DNA of 60,261 bases, filler included, from Sphacelaria rigidula (taxonomy: Eukaryota), in the NCBI GenBank assembly GCA_964200075.2. It is 10 parts of 10 records of this genome, joined end to end, with 100 filler letters (N's around TTAATTAATTAA, not from the genome) between each part and the next. Parts side by side here need not be neighbours in the genome. Positions count along the whole stretch, not along the records: positions 1 to 5,937 come from CAXNAA020023348.1; positions 6,038 to 11,974 come from CAXNAA020023349.1; 8 more parts are not named here. The stretch is one strand, 5' to 3'. The position numbers were made by a program, and so were the translations under genes. How positions within the stretch are numbered: position 1 is the first letter of the stretch; each line of letters begins with the position of its first letter. The notes beneath the pieces are model-generated. The model ran no database searches. It saw only the letters and a program-made list of their open reading frames with translations, and had not been told where the DNA came from. Of this stretch, positions 1 through 12,074 are shown piece after piece.

Positions 1-884
1 GTCCGCACAAGATACCCAGTACCAATGTACCGCGCAGATATCGGAACGGCTTTTAATGTGAAGACAACAACAAGAGCCTCAAAATTGAGTGGTTTTCGAC
101 AAACCTAAGAAACACTGTTTCGGGGGACAACGTCTGCTACAACGCCCATATTAGTTGTTTTCAACTCGAGAAAAATGTGAAAATGGAAAATAATAGAAGG
201 TGCCACAAATGTTGCGCTGCTCATCAACTCCAGCATCGTGGTGAGGCTTGACACATGATTTGTTGCAATTGGAGTGTACGGGATGTCTTTAGTCTAAACA
301 AGTACAGAGTACTTCGGACTCCCGAATAAAAAACGGAGAACGCAGGTCTACAGTAGCCCTTGACGGCACAAGGCGTGAGCACCCTTCGTGATTGATCGTA
401 GGACAGCCTCTCACACTAAGGACAAAACGAAGACACAGCAGTCCTGAACGTGAAACAATGAGTTGGAGTCGTGATTCAAGTCACCGTCTCGAAGGTAAAG
501 GGGTTCACGAAAGTCGTATACGGTATGGCTCGTGTGAAGAGCCGTCCATGCTTACGATGCGTCGTTAACTATTTTACTGTCGGGGTTGTCTACCAGTTAA
601 ATTTGCACTATTATTACTCGAACAAGTGTAAGATCCAGTTGACCCATTTCCCATTGAAGGGATAAGGTTTCGATACGAGAGTGGTGGAAATAAGCAGGGT
701 TTGAATTTAACGCACAATCTCGCGGGGAAGGGGTTGGTGAAGTCACGGTGGAGTTTGTACGGGAATATGGCCTGTGTAGAAATGTAAGAACGCTGTGCGA
801 GGAAATGCTGTAAGTAGTCCATGCCTCTCGTGTTTTCATGCGGAATAACAGTGTTCTGCACCTTCGCCATGCCTCCACTGTTAG

Positions 885-1124
885 GCTGAAGCGGATTCAA
901 TCATGGAGCGGTTTGAGGGGGAGGAAGCGGCGGAAGCGGCAGCGCGGAAGGCTTTGCTGGAACAACCACCAGACGACGACGGGTTCGTGATGGTCACGTA
1001 CAAGAAGAAGAAACGAGGGAGAAATAACGATGGTCCTGATGCTGCTGCTGCTCATGCGTCGAGCGGGAACAAGCGAAAAAAGAAGAATGGAGCAGGCCCC
1101 TTGCCCGACTTCTATCGATTCCAG
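885..1124 (+). CDS. RRP7: Ribosomal RNA-processing protein 7 (RRP7A-like), penultimate exon
   Basis: ttag|GCT acceptor and CAG|gtgtgt donor, 240 nt, phase 0. Encodes AEADSIMERFEGEE...PPDDDGFVMVTYKKKK...LPDFYRFQ, matching the PDEDG[W/F]xxV and [N/D]FYx[W/F]Q motifs of the RRP7 C-terminal domain. Upstream exons are not in this contig. Confidence 0.9.
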
Positions 1125-1870
1125 GTGTGTGTTGCGCGCACACGTGGTTGCGCTTAAGCAGTACCCCGCATCTTGTCAAATTACCTGACAATTGCACCAA
1201 AATAACTTTCGCGAAAATGGCGTCATCACAGCGGCAATTTCGAACAGCTTTGTGTAGCAGGTTGGACGTATGGCAGGGGAGCTTGACTGCATTATATCGG
1301 GACCTCCGACGAGACTTGGTGAAATGGATTTTCCTTGGAGTCTTTGTCCAGTCTACAACATGAATTGTTGTCAGTGTCGCCATGGCTCTACAGGGTCTTA
1401 ATTTTGTCACTCCGCTTGAGAACAGGACATGACACTGCAACCCGACTACTCAAGGCGGGTATCGCGCGGCGTTTGGCTTGAGACGTGTTGTGAGTACCGC
1501 AGATGATGCGTCGAAGGTTAAAACCTATCGTAACCGTGTTCGTTTCGTGCAAGACTTGGCGGACAGTGCCGCAGTCACTTCATTTTTTCTTGGAAGTGGT
1601 TTGAAGCCGTGGTAAACCATTGACCTGGCTTGGGTATCTTTATCTTGTTACCTTGTTTGGGCATGGAATGGTGATTGACCATCGAGTACCCAATCAAGTA
1701 AAGGAGCCCCCCCGCGATTTCCCCACACTGCTTCTCCGCTTCTCTTGTTGAGAGTTGACACTCGAATCTTGTGGCACCAGATCTTCACCCTCCGTGTCGT
1801 TGTGGGACTCGCGTGTGTGTTTCATGTTGCACTTGTGTCGTCGTGCCTTTTGTATGTACGTGGTGCACAG

Positions 1871-1978
1871 ATGCGAGAAACTCGACGAGAGCAGCTGGCC
1901 AACTTGAGAACCAAGTTTGAGCAAGACAAAGCTCGAGTGGCGAAAATGAAGGAGCAGCGAAAATTCAGGCCCTTTTGA
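1871..1978 (+). CDS. RRP7: RRP7A-like last coding exon
   Basis: gcacag|ATG acceptor, phase 0. MRETRREQLANLRTKFEQDKARVAKMKEQRKFRPF* matches the conserved RRP7 end (LRxKFEEDKxRIxxxKxxRKFRP[Y/F]). Confidence 0.92.
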   Translation: MRETRREQLANLRTKFEQDKARVAKMKEQRKFRPF

Positions 1979-2612
1979 GATTATTTCGCAGGCGCGATGC
2001 AGTTCATACTGCGTGTAGCTGATCTTTATTATTGGGTTGGGTTAGGTTGATATCTTTATTGGTGTGCACGTTATCGTTCGACGGTCGTTTCCTTGTTGCG
2101 GCTGTTGCGACGTTTCAAGGGTTGGACGAATTAACTCTTTTGTAACCCTCCCCTCCTGTCCCCCCGGGCCAAACGCCTCATCATGAGAAGCCCTGACAAA
2201 GAAGAAAAGATGTAAGCAGAAAAGGCCGACGGCAACCATTTTACAATGGAAGACCGAAGAACACAGTAGCACACGCGGCGGGTGCAGGAAAAATGTCCTC
2301 CCCTGAGAGGTCGGATGAGGTTTGTTCAATCATACCACGCCGCGGATGAAGTGTGTCCAATTGTATCCATCGACAATAATCAGCAAAAACACCCTGAAAC
2401 ATTCCACTCCAAAAACAGCAATGGGTTCCAGGGTCTGGTACGGCACATCGGTAAATAGGAAATCTTCTTTTCTTCCATTTGTCACTCGCACGGGTCTGAA
2501 AAGTACGCATTGAGTGAACGTTGTTGCGTCTGAGCTGTAAACCATCCACCATATCTCACTCAAGAACTGCCAATTGCAAATGATCAATTTTCCAGTGTGA
2601 AATCCAGAAGGG

Positions 2613-2866
2613 TCGATGATTCGTCCGGAAAATACTTGATTTTAGTGTAATTGATTCGTACAGTCGAATCACGAATCAATCCTTGAGCTTGGTTTTCAGC
2701 GGTGCAATCCAAGTACGCGCAGCCCAGACACGTAGAATGGCGGCGCAAAAGTTGCGTGGAGACCTGTTTGACCAGCGGTCGAATTTTTTCTCTATTTCGA
2801 GCAATCAGGTCTGAGCATTTGTGGATTTGGTCATTTGAACCGGCGATGATTCGTCCGAACCGTGCG
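2613..2866. repeat. Dispersed repeat (GATTCGTCC/GACGAATC-rich), probable non-autonomous DNA transposon
   Basis: Homologous by eye to about 52345-52595 (same strand) and about 39575-39815 (opposite strand). Shared motifs include GCGCAAAAGTT, TTGACCAGCGGTC and TTTCGAGCAATCA. Ends are approximate. Confidence 0.7.
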
Positions 2867-3473
2867 GTGTTTCCCGCTCCATTTTGAGCTCCTCAACTTG
2901 CCTTTGGGGAGTCGGGGCTACCGTGCCTGCGCCCATTCTTGGTCCGGTACCTCCGAGCTTGGACTGGTGCCGTTTTAAATGTCTTGCGCTACTGGCGGCC
3001 TGTTCTGGTTCGGCTCTGTTTTCCCTCGTCATACTCTAAACCTCTTGTCCTCTTCCTCGGGATGACTTTGTGATCCCGAGGGATCATCCCATTCCTCAGC
3101 CGGCACCTTCCTGATGTTTCGCTGTCGAGGACGAATCGGCGCTGGTTGATATTTTGCTACGTGCTTCCTCGTGCTCATAACGCCATAAACCAAATTCCAT
3201 CCGCAATACAGGCTGATTCACGGGAGACGACAGGAATTTTTTTGACAGGCAGATCTCACACGGGGCTTGATGAATGCAACACGCATTTCTAACACAAATG
3301 ATCCTGAAGGTGAGCCTGAGGTCGCCAAGGTCTGGTCTTTTGGCGATTCGATGTTCTCAGGATCTCAGGATCTCAGGATCCTCGGTCATGTCCGGCAGCT
3401 TCGGACCCCAAAAAACGGGAGGATTCGAACGAAACGCCATAATACACGACTCCGGCGATCTCGGGCTGACCTT

Positions 3474-4166
3474 CAACACGCGTGTGGAATTCCGTGTCCT
3501 GACTCATATTCGGCGTGGGGTTTGGAGCAAACGTTTAATTATTTCGAGAAACCGGGGTCGCCGAGCGCTGTCGGTGACCTATTACCCGGAAACATCGATA
3601 AAAACAACCAAACACCGGCACACGAGACACAGGCGACCTCGGGCTTATCTTGAACACGTGCGTGAAATTTTATCTCTCAACTCCCGCCAAACCCCATACG
3701 AGGTTCTGCAGAAAACGTGAAACTGTTCCGAGAATCTGGGATTCCCCACACTTCAAGCATCTCATCTTGGGGAATACACACAATCATGTGGTATCCTAAC
3801 TCTCACAGCTGGCGTGAGGTTTGGAGCATACGTGAAGTTGTTCCGAGAATCTGGGGCTCGTGCGGCTGATGATCCGAAGAAACTGGTCAAAACGACAAAA
3901 CCGCCGGGTTTGCGTCGAGAAACACGTGTCACTGAGTCTTCTGACTCACAAATCCGGCGTGAGGATTTGAGCGAACGTGAAATTGTGCCGAGAATCTGAA
4001 CTTGAAGCAGCTCATTCAGGAAAAACGTTTAAATCGACCGAAACTCCGACCGCACAGATTATTGAGATCTCGGGATTGTCATTAGTAACACGTGCGTGAA
4101 TTCTCGACTTCCACCTTTCGAGACCGAGACGAGATTTTGAGCTGACGCGAAACTGTCCGTAGGATG
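3474..4166 (+). repeat. Decayed tandem array of five ~85-bp cores separated by variable sequence
   Basis: Core AACACGTG...GAGGTTTGGAGCAxACGTGAAACTGTTCCGAGAATCTG recurs near 3476, 3653, 3773, 3920 and 4087. Confidence 0.65.
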
Positions 4167-4404
4167 TAGTCACCCTAGCAGCATATGACCCCCGAGAAGC
4201 CTGACATCGATATTTTTCGGTTTTTATTTATATTTATATAGGAGATTGTATGATGTTTGGGAGGAGGTATGATCTTGTACCCTCCTCCTCTCAGAGATGT
4301 CCGAAATTCAAAAGAAATGCGCAGTTTCGCTTTGTGCAATAATAATACCCGTGAGCTGCCGTACGGTCTGTCGGGAGAAGATTTTCGGACTCGGAGCCCC
4401 CCCT

Positions 4405-4840
4405 TCCGGTGCTCCGTCTCGGAAGGGATGCGTGGTCAATGATCAAACCTAGGGCAAGCATCACATGAGTACACACACACACCCCTCTCCTCCGTGCTAC
4501 GTGCTAGAGGGGGAAATGCGGGACGTGAACGAAGACATTTCAGGATGACATCGTTTGATTCGTTAGACAACATAAGGGATAGAACGATGGTTATACTAGG
4601 AGAGAGATAGATGGTGGCCACAGACGGCCCAACAGGAGGGGGATGAAATATGTAGAAGGTTTTTGTGTGATGTATGGAAGAAACGTAATGAGCGCCGGCA
4701 TGTCGAAGTTGTCTCTATTATTAGGAGTAGGAACGGTGCTCCGTCTTGAAAGGGATGCGTGGTCAATGGTCGAACGACTAAGGCAAGCAACAAATTAAAT
4801 GAGTACGCCCCCCCCCCCCCCCCCCCCTCCCCTCTCCCTC
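4405..4840 (+). mobile_element. LINE 3'-end fragments (tail unit followed by ORF2 C-terminus/3'UTR) ending in oligo(C)
   Basis: Matches 46346-46570 and 46894-47190 (GGAGATAGATGGTGGCCACAGACGG...GCTCCGTCTCGAAAGGGATGCGTGGTCAATGGTC...ATGAGTACGCCCCC). Confidence 0.75.
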
Positions 4841-5619
4841 CCGAGGGGCAATTTCTCGAAAATTGTCATGATTTTCTTTATTCCTCTTGGCGCTATTGTT
4901 GAAGAAATCGAGCAAGAAATGTTGACAAAAATCGAAACTTATTGTGGGCTCTGAGAGGTTCGTATATTTGCTTCTGATCCTTGTATCCTCTGTCCCGATG
5001 GCCTCGCATGCTGGCCACGCTCACACACATGTGTGCACACGAGCGCACGGTAGCGACAGCCTGCAGCCAAAGAAAGTAGCAACATTATCTCACGCCTCGC
5101 CGAACTTGCCCGGAGTTCCGATGGGTACTCGAGGCACACGGCACGAAATATGATCCCATGACATGAATGTAATCATGGTAATAAGTGATGAGCTTGGGGG
5201 GACGGCGTATCCGCCATCTCGTCGGTCTCCATGCCAAGGATCTCTGTACACGGCAACTGCTGCTGCTGACCGCATCCGCCAACGCCTTAGCAATTAATAG
5301 GGGACAACAGCAGGCTAAGTGCCCCCCCCCTTCAAGAACTTAATTTTTCGATCTTGGGGCCTACGTGGCCGTCCAGAGTTTTTTTCCGACAGACCCTTCC
5401 TTGCCGTATCTAGGAAAGGATCGCCGGAGAGTGAACACCGGGTGCATATATGCACGGGTCGTTCTACATTATTATTACTTGAACTTGTGACGTTTTTTTT
5501 CATGTTTCTCCTTTTTGTTTCTGATTACGAGCTGGAGTGTTGCAATCAGCCACGTCATGCGCGATCATCATCTTTTTTGTCCTTGTTCGTGCTTGTGTTT
5601 GTCGTTATTTTGTCGTTAC

Positions 5620-5643
5620 TGCTGTTGTTGTTGTTTGTTGTTG

Positions 5644-5675
<32 letters not shown>

Positions 5676-5698
5676 GGTGGTGTTTTTTGTTGTTGTTA
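5620..5698. repeat. (GTT)n/(GGT)n microsatellite
   Basis: Direct reading of the sequence. Confidence 0.9.
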
Positions 5699-5865
5699 TC
5701 GCTGCCCCCTTTCTTTCCTTTCTGAGGCCATTGCTTCTGTCGTTTTTCTGTTCCTTCCTTTCTTTCTTCTTGTATTTTTTATTACTCTGTTCTATTTTTG
5801 CTGCTCTGACCACGGGCTGGATTGTTGCAATCAGCTAATAATGTGAGATAATCAATCAATCAATC

Positions 5866-5929
5866 AAGAGACAAACTAGACTACTGACCAGTCACGCTGA
5901 CTGGTCAGTAGTCTAGTTGGTTGTCTCTT
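5866..5929. repeat. Near-perfect palindrome (21-bp perfect stem, 3-nt loop, extended outer arms)
   Basis: AACTAGACTACTGACCAGTCA-CGC-TGACTGGTCAGTAGTCTAGTT, with outer AAGAGACAA/TTGTCTCTT. It directly follows an (AATC)n retroposon-like tail. Confidence 0.85.
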
Positions 5930-5937
5930 AAACCGTC

Positions 5938-6037
5938 NNNNNNNNNNNNNNNNNNNNNNNNNNNNNNNNNNNNNNNNNNNNTTAATTAATTAANNNNNNN
6001 NNNNNNNNNNNNNNNNNNNNNNNNNNNNNNNNNNNNN
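5938..6037. other. Artificial contig-joining linker (N44-TTAATTAATTAA-N44), first of nine
   Basis: Identical 100-bp linkers at 5938-6037, 11975-12074, 18012-18111, 24048-24147, 30084-30183, 36120-36219, 42156-42255, 48192-48291 and 54227-54326. TTAATTAATTAA gives stops in all six frames. Segment lengths fall monotonically from 5937 to 5935 bp. Confidence 0.97.
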
Positions 6038-6729
6038 TCCTCCACCATCTTCCTTTCCCCCCGCCAGACACGGGTTATTGTCTCCTTTGGCCTCTCGCCC
6101 GGCAAGCTTCAAGCTTCAAACTACCCCCCCCCCCCCCCCCGCATCATCTACCGCATCAGTCGAAATTGAAAATCTTATCGAACTACCGGTATCGATTGTA
6201 CCTCATCATAACTGCGGATTCGATCCGGTCACGTAGCGCCTTCTCCTGCCGGGAGTTCGAGCACCCCCTCAAAATCGAAAACACTCGCTCCACAGACGCG
6301 GACGATGGCTGGATAGGTACAATATCCATCGCCTGTTCTTGTTTTCATCTCAAAACGACAGCAAACCGTACTCCGAGTGCGCACCTGAGGCCGCAACCAA
6401 AAAGTAGCCCTTCTCGGACAGTAGGCCCGCCATGACCTCGTGAGTTACAAACACTGTCATCACTCGATATCACTTCTCTCTGTTGGTGCTGCTGTTACTA
6501 CTGCTGGCTGCTGTACAAGGTACAAAGTACAAGTGTATTATTTATTTTGTATCTAGTCACATTTTCGAAAGCAACATAGTACCGTGTGTATTAAGTATAA
6601 AGTGGAGAAGTCTGCTCATCAGACCCGCAACAAATTAAGAACACGAAACATGACCATGGAAATTTGAAGTATTAAGTGTTTGAGCCTGAAGCCTGACGCC
6701 TGTCGGCCTGTCTGGTGACGAGTTACGCA

Positions 6730-6910
6730 ACATGGAGCACTTGCGAGCAAAAAATATCGCAACTTTATGCGTGTCTTATGTGCGTTTCAAGCAAGTAAAG
6801 CTCGTTGCAAGCGTATCGAGCCGATTATATGCCTTGCGCTAAACAGGCCTATTTAAGCTCCACAAAACGAAATTAAGCTAAACTTTATGCGCGCATACGG
6901 AACTAAACCT
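6730..6910 (+). repeat. Dispersed repeat, homologous to about 42310-42510
   Basis: Shared CATGGArCACTTGCG, ATCGCAACTTTATGCG and TTATGCGCGCwTACGGAACTAAA blocks. Confidence 0.65.
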
Positions 6911-9682
6911 AGCTGAGTTTAGACTGCTGTGGAAACACACCGAATTTGATTTTGAGCAGCATTTCGAGTCCCGTCCTATAGCATCGATTGTATAGCAGCA
7001 CCGGCGGAGCCATGGCTCAAGACATGGCAGAGGAATCACGGTAGCTGCATGACCTCAGGGCGTGTCGCAACAGCTCGTTGTCACACTTGGTTCACAACAA
7101 AAGTTATTCGTGTTGCCATTGAAAAAACGGGTGGACAAATAACAGCCATGCACACAACAGCGGCAACAATTCAGAAGTGGTTGATCACCGCTGCGTACGA
7201 TTGATTGTGCCTGCCTATCTGCAACACCAAGCAAATATACGTTTATTATATGTGGATGCCCCACGGGCTTATTCCGGCCGTAGTATTCCGATGGTGGGTT
7301 GGCAGGTGCTAATTTGAGATTGTTGAAGCGTTCAACCTTGCAGTGTGGATTATCTGTGCGAATCACCCCCACAGAGACCCCAAGGCACTCAGGGGGGCCG
7401 ACCCACGTATGCTGAAGGGTGGACACGGGTGGTGATAATCTGACTCGCCGCTAGTCAGTACATGCGCTGAGTTTGTAGTCAAAATAGCACCAGGAAGTTG
7501 TGTGTTTTCGCTGCTATACTATATGAAGCCCCGGTGCTGGGCCGAATCGACCAAATGACGTACGCATTGTGAATCGCGTCTCGAGAGAAGATGGTGTGGA
7601 AGATTAAGTTCAGAAATACCTTTGGGTGGTTTTTGAGGCTCCGTATCATATAATTTGAACACTTTTTTTTTTAAAAGCCGTTTTCTGACAACAGGCCAAA
7701 AAAACACTTATCCTGTGGTCAGAAAACGCGTTTTTTTAATGAAAAAAATCGGTAACATTTTCGGATCACCCAAAGTTATCAGAAAATGAAAAAGTCGTTA
7801 TTAAAAAAGCATTTGAAATCTCACCGCACGCCAACACACCTCTCACGACAGCCAACATGATGGCTTGGTTGCCAATCACCATTGCAGGTGCTGGTACTCG
7901 CGGGCAGTCAGGGTGTTGCTTCATTGTCCTTCACCCGCCAGTAGCGTGGTGGCCCTTTACCCCATGAGAACAGCACAGGACAGGGTCGATGACGAGTGCT
8001 GTTCACAACGTCTACATGTTGTCCATACAGTCTTGTGGTGCAGACTGCCTGCGCACACAAGACCATGAATAGTGCTACTACTGTAGTACTAGAGCCAATG
8101 CATAGAATACCACACTGTCTGTACTGTTGTCCGTGCTGTCCGTACAGTCAAGTACTACCTTGCAGCGAAAAAGTACAATCGGTTAGTACAGCAAGGCGGT
8201 GTTCTTACTGATCGTCTTGCGTCACGCAGACCACCATGTATTGCGGTAGTACGACGGACAGTACGGTCTGTACACCACGACACGACAACAGAGTGCTGTG
8301 TCTCTCTCGTGCGCCCCAGAAGTTGATATTATGCCCACACTCCTTGTAGAAAATGATGAACACTGCTTTTTCCAATTTTGATAGGGTCGATCACGTACGA
8401 AGGGCTACTTCCAAAGAAATTATGTTGATAAACATACTTTTCTTTACGACGTTTTTTTTTGTACATAAGAAATAGCCTAACGCAAGAATTGAGAAAGCTA
8501 CGCCATTTCCCGTGGCCGGCATTGCACCCCTTTGGTACAGCAGCACGATCTCCTGTCTTGATGTTTTAGAGTACATACTGACCTGAGGTCGCACCCAGAC
8601 CACTTCTGTCAGCATCTCAGTGTAATACTGGTGAGGCATTGAGCGAAAGAGGCAACACGTTAGGGACTTGGAGACTCCATCCTTGTACAATACCCTCGGT
8701 AGACGTGCCTTACAGCAGTTGTTTGGTGTTCAATCTCGCTCGACAGCAGTAGCGCGGGGGTACTGAATGGGTGTGTGTGCTCGGCCTTATCCGCCCCCGC
8801 CCCCCCCCATGAAAAACGCATCGATTTGATGGTTTCAGAAGGAAAAAATGTTCCCGCTCAGCACATACTTTTCGCCGCCTACTGGCGTAAATGCTTGAAT
8901 GGTGTGACACCCATGATGCAGTGTGTGTTACCCGTGGCTTGTCGCTGGAAGTGACGATACCAGAAAATTAAGCAACTCATTCGAGGCCGTCATCCACATG
9001 CGTTATGCTTAGTACGCTTCGGGCCGAAGAATCTTAATGAGATACAGCTGACCTCTATGTGACTCGCCATACGCATGACGGCGCTTCGCGCTTGGTAATG
9101 GGCCTGGTCCGGCGAAAACGGGGCGTGCTCCGTCCCCGCTTTGTAGGGATGCGAGGTCAATGGTCTTACGACTACGGCATGCAAGATCATCAGTATACCC
9201 CCCACACACATACACACACTTCCCCCTAGCCCAAGGCTAACCCTTTATCTGATTACCGTAGTTCTTCCCGGCGTTAAATCTATCCCCGTAGCGTCTCCAA
9301 TGGGGCCTGACGTGGCGGTACTCTGCTTGGCGGCGATGATCAAAATGAATCCGGAGATTTATTGCTTGGACGATACGCGTCTTTGAACTGTATGTCCCTC
9401 CACGATGTTTCTTGCGAATGAGTGGAGGCCGTGTCTTTTTCATCACATGGTTTGATTTTGCCTGTGGAGAGAAAAATCACGCGGTAAGGGCGCAATATAA
9501 TGATGGTTTTTGACAAGTCAAAGTATCACGAGAGAAGAGCAGCTGATTGAATTGTTCTCGCACTTTAGGTCGAGGCCCGATTGGTCTTCAGTAGTGGCCG
9601 CCTCTCTTGCTTTTGCGTCACATTCCGGTGCTGCGTTTTGTTAACCTTCTTGTCTCGTGTATTTTTGCTCGTCTGCTGGCAG

Positions 9683-9781
9683 ATCGCGGTGGTAAACTTT
9701 GAGCTTCCGCCGACAGATATCGGGGCCGCCCTTAAGCCAAGGGAGGTGGTGGATCAGCTTGAGAAGTACATCGTGGGACAG
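9683..9781 (+). CDS. hslU: ATP-dependent protease ATPase subunit HslU (ClpY), internal exon covering the start of the conserved domain
   Basis: Pyrimidine-rich tract, ggcag|ATC acceptor and CAG|gtctgt donor, 99 nt, phase 0. IAVVNFELPPTDIGAALKPREVVDQLEKYIVGQ matches the HslU N-terminus (PREIVSELDKHIIGQ). ClpX has a similar motif, so the call rests on one exon. Confidence 0.75.
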
Positions 9782-11332
9782 GTCTGTGGTCGCACGAACG
9801 CAGAAAGTACGCCGCAAACGAGTGTAGTTTACCCTAGTCGTCATCCCCAAATCCACGGCTGGCATATTGTTGATTGTATCGTGGATATCGATATTCGGAA
9901 TCTTTGATGGAGCTGATTAACCGTCCCGGGTGTTCTTGTATTAGCGTGCGTCGATCACGTTTTTGGCGCCGATTTGATGTCTGCCGACGCACAGTTTGCC
10001 TAGAGCATCCTTCGCCTAGATCACCCTTTGCACATTCCTTACCCAACAAGGGTTCTCGGTATGTCTCGGGTTGGGGATAGGGTTAGGGTGAGCGTTACAG
10101 TTGTGAAACTCTGAAACGGTTTTTACTTAATCGGGGTGTTTTCACAGACGATTTGTTACCGTCACTCAAGAGTTTGAAAGCGAGGGGGCGTTGGGAAAAA
10201 TAAGCAGGTCGTGTTCAGGACACATTTGCTAACTCTGTGTTGTCGGAAGGATACCGAGTTGAATTCATGTTTGTCGAGGGGGGTTTTATTGACCGCATAT
10301 CGCCCTGAAACACGGTTTTCGACTTGAGCGCAATGAATAATTCAAAGTTGAAATTTGATTTCTGGAAAGAAACGTGATGATAAAAAAGGAGGGAATCATA
10401 AAGGGTTGGAGTTGGGATTATTTGTTTTTGAGGGTTTGGGTTATTTTATGTTTTTGGACAAGAGAAGACAAAATAGAGAAAAAAGTAAAAAATGAAGGCA
10501 TATATTTGTTCCATGACGATCCAGATCGGTTCAGTTGGGAAAAAATATCAAAGAGCGGGAACTGGGGGTTGTACATTCGTTAGGGTCCCCAAATACTGCT
10601 GAGCCCGTATTTCGTCCAAAATTGGTCAAGATTTTTTGTCGAGACTTGCGTCTGGTGCTCATATGTCTCTTGATTCCCAAGGTTTGAGATGAAACGGAAA
10701 CCATGACGGGTTGTGGTAACCGAAAAACCTGAATAAGTACCCTTCAGTCGAAAACATTCGGTCCAAATCCAAAGTTTAACTGGTACATTGAAAAAATGTT
10801 TGGACAATGGTTTTTGGAGCTAAAAACCCGGGGTAAACCTGCCTGCCTCAAAACAATACCTTTGACCCCTGGCTAGTGCTGTAGTGCGAGGGAACTCGTG
10901 AATTTTATTCGATTTGGCCCGTCATACACATATTTCACGTACGATGACTTCTCCAGTGTGGGCATCATGCCCATGTCCTATGGTGTAAAAAGCGTGTCGA
11001 AAGGATCCGATTATTTTTTTTTCCTGTTATGGCGTTCTTGCAATGATGTTTGATACTCAGTATATCAGAAGTGTTCCAACGGTATACCGTTTTCCTTTGG
11101 TATGAATTTGTCCTTGTTGTATTGTGCCATGATCCAAATCTCCTCGCGTGCCACACGGTGACGAGCTGACTTTAAACCCTTTATTCACAACGTACTCAAG
11201 TGGTATCAAACCCGATTTCGACGTCTATCATATTTTTAGGTTTTCCAGCAGTGGAAATCTTCAGCAAAAAAAAACATTATTCCTTAACTGACCGTGTATC
11301 AACCGTGCTGATGCTGAGACAAGTAAAAAAAT

Positions 11333-11668
11333 CCGGTCGCCCTGGTGGCTCAGTTGGTAACCAAACTTTGACTATTGGGTCGTGGGTTCAAATCTCGGAG
11401 TGAGGGGGGGATTTTTTTCTCACGAATGCCCAACAGTGGAGAGCGACCATGTCGTGGGTACACAAACCTTGACTTAACGGTCGACGAGGGATGGAACTGC
11501 TGAACCCCTCTCGCGATTAATGATCAAGGCAGGCACCGCAGAAGGAAGGTGGGGAACCAACACAAGGAGAAGAAAACTCCTGTGTTGGCCTTTCTCATGT
11601 GACCCCGGCTGGTGCGCCCACATATACCGAAAGGTGTTGACCAGCGTCCAGCATATAGATGGGATGAG

Positions 11669-11711
<43 letters not shown>
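11333..11711 (+). mobile_element. tRNA-derived SINE with (CA)n tail
   Basis: Head has an A box (TGGCTCAGTTGG) and a B box (GGTTCAAATC). The body is shared with 30658-31017(-), 36220-36380(-) and 30184-30250(-). It ends GATGGGATGAGAA(CA)n. Confidence 0.85.
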
Positions 11712-11713
<2 letters not shown>

Positions 11714-12074
11714 GTACCCCCATTACTTGCGGTGGAATCACCTGTGATCCCCAAAAAGTTATTTCAGGTCATAACTTCTTGATGAAAAATTAGAATATTA
11801 AAAATCTAAGTGTCTGATCGTTTCGTCTCTCGCTTTATGGATAATGATCCTAGATTATTCAAATTTTGACCAAAGAGTCCTGCTGTAATACGGGGGGGGG
11901 GGGGGGGGGGTGGTCCCCCAAAAATAAGGGTTAAGTGGTTTTTCGGAGGACCGGACACACGCGGGGGGCGGGGGNNNNNNNNNNNNNNNNNNNNNNNNNN
12001 NNNNNNNNNNNNNNNNNNTTAATTAATTAANNNNNNNNNNNNNNNNNNNNNNNNNNNNNNNNNNNNNNNNNNNN

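Noticed and set aside
3866..3885. Hammerhead ribozyme core (CTGATGA...GAAA)
   Set aside because: No stem II can form between the motifs, and flanking stems are absent.
3474..4166. CRISPR array
   Set aside because: The repeats are long, diverged and irregularly spaced, the context is eukaryotic, and there are no cas-like ORFs.
5319..5846. Hydrophobic 175-aa ORF and overlapping ORFs
   Set aside because: They are produced by (GTT)n/(GGT)n and T-rich repeats.
5982..5993. TTAATTAATTAA recurring every ~6036 bp as a biological periodic signal
   Set aside because: It is always centred in a 100-bp N block and is a six-frame-stop assembly linker.
11339..11401. tRNA gene (also at about 30945-31012 and 36305-36375)
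   Set aside because: A/B boxes are present but there is no consistent cloverleaf, and each is fused to the same SINE body.
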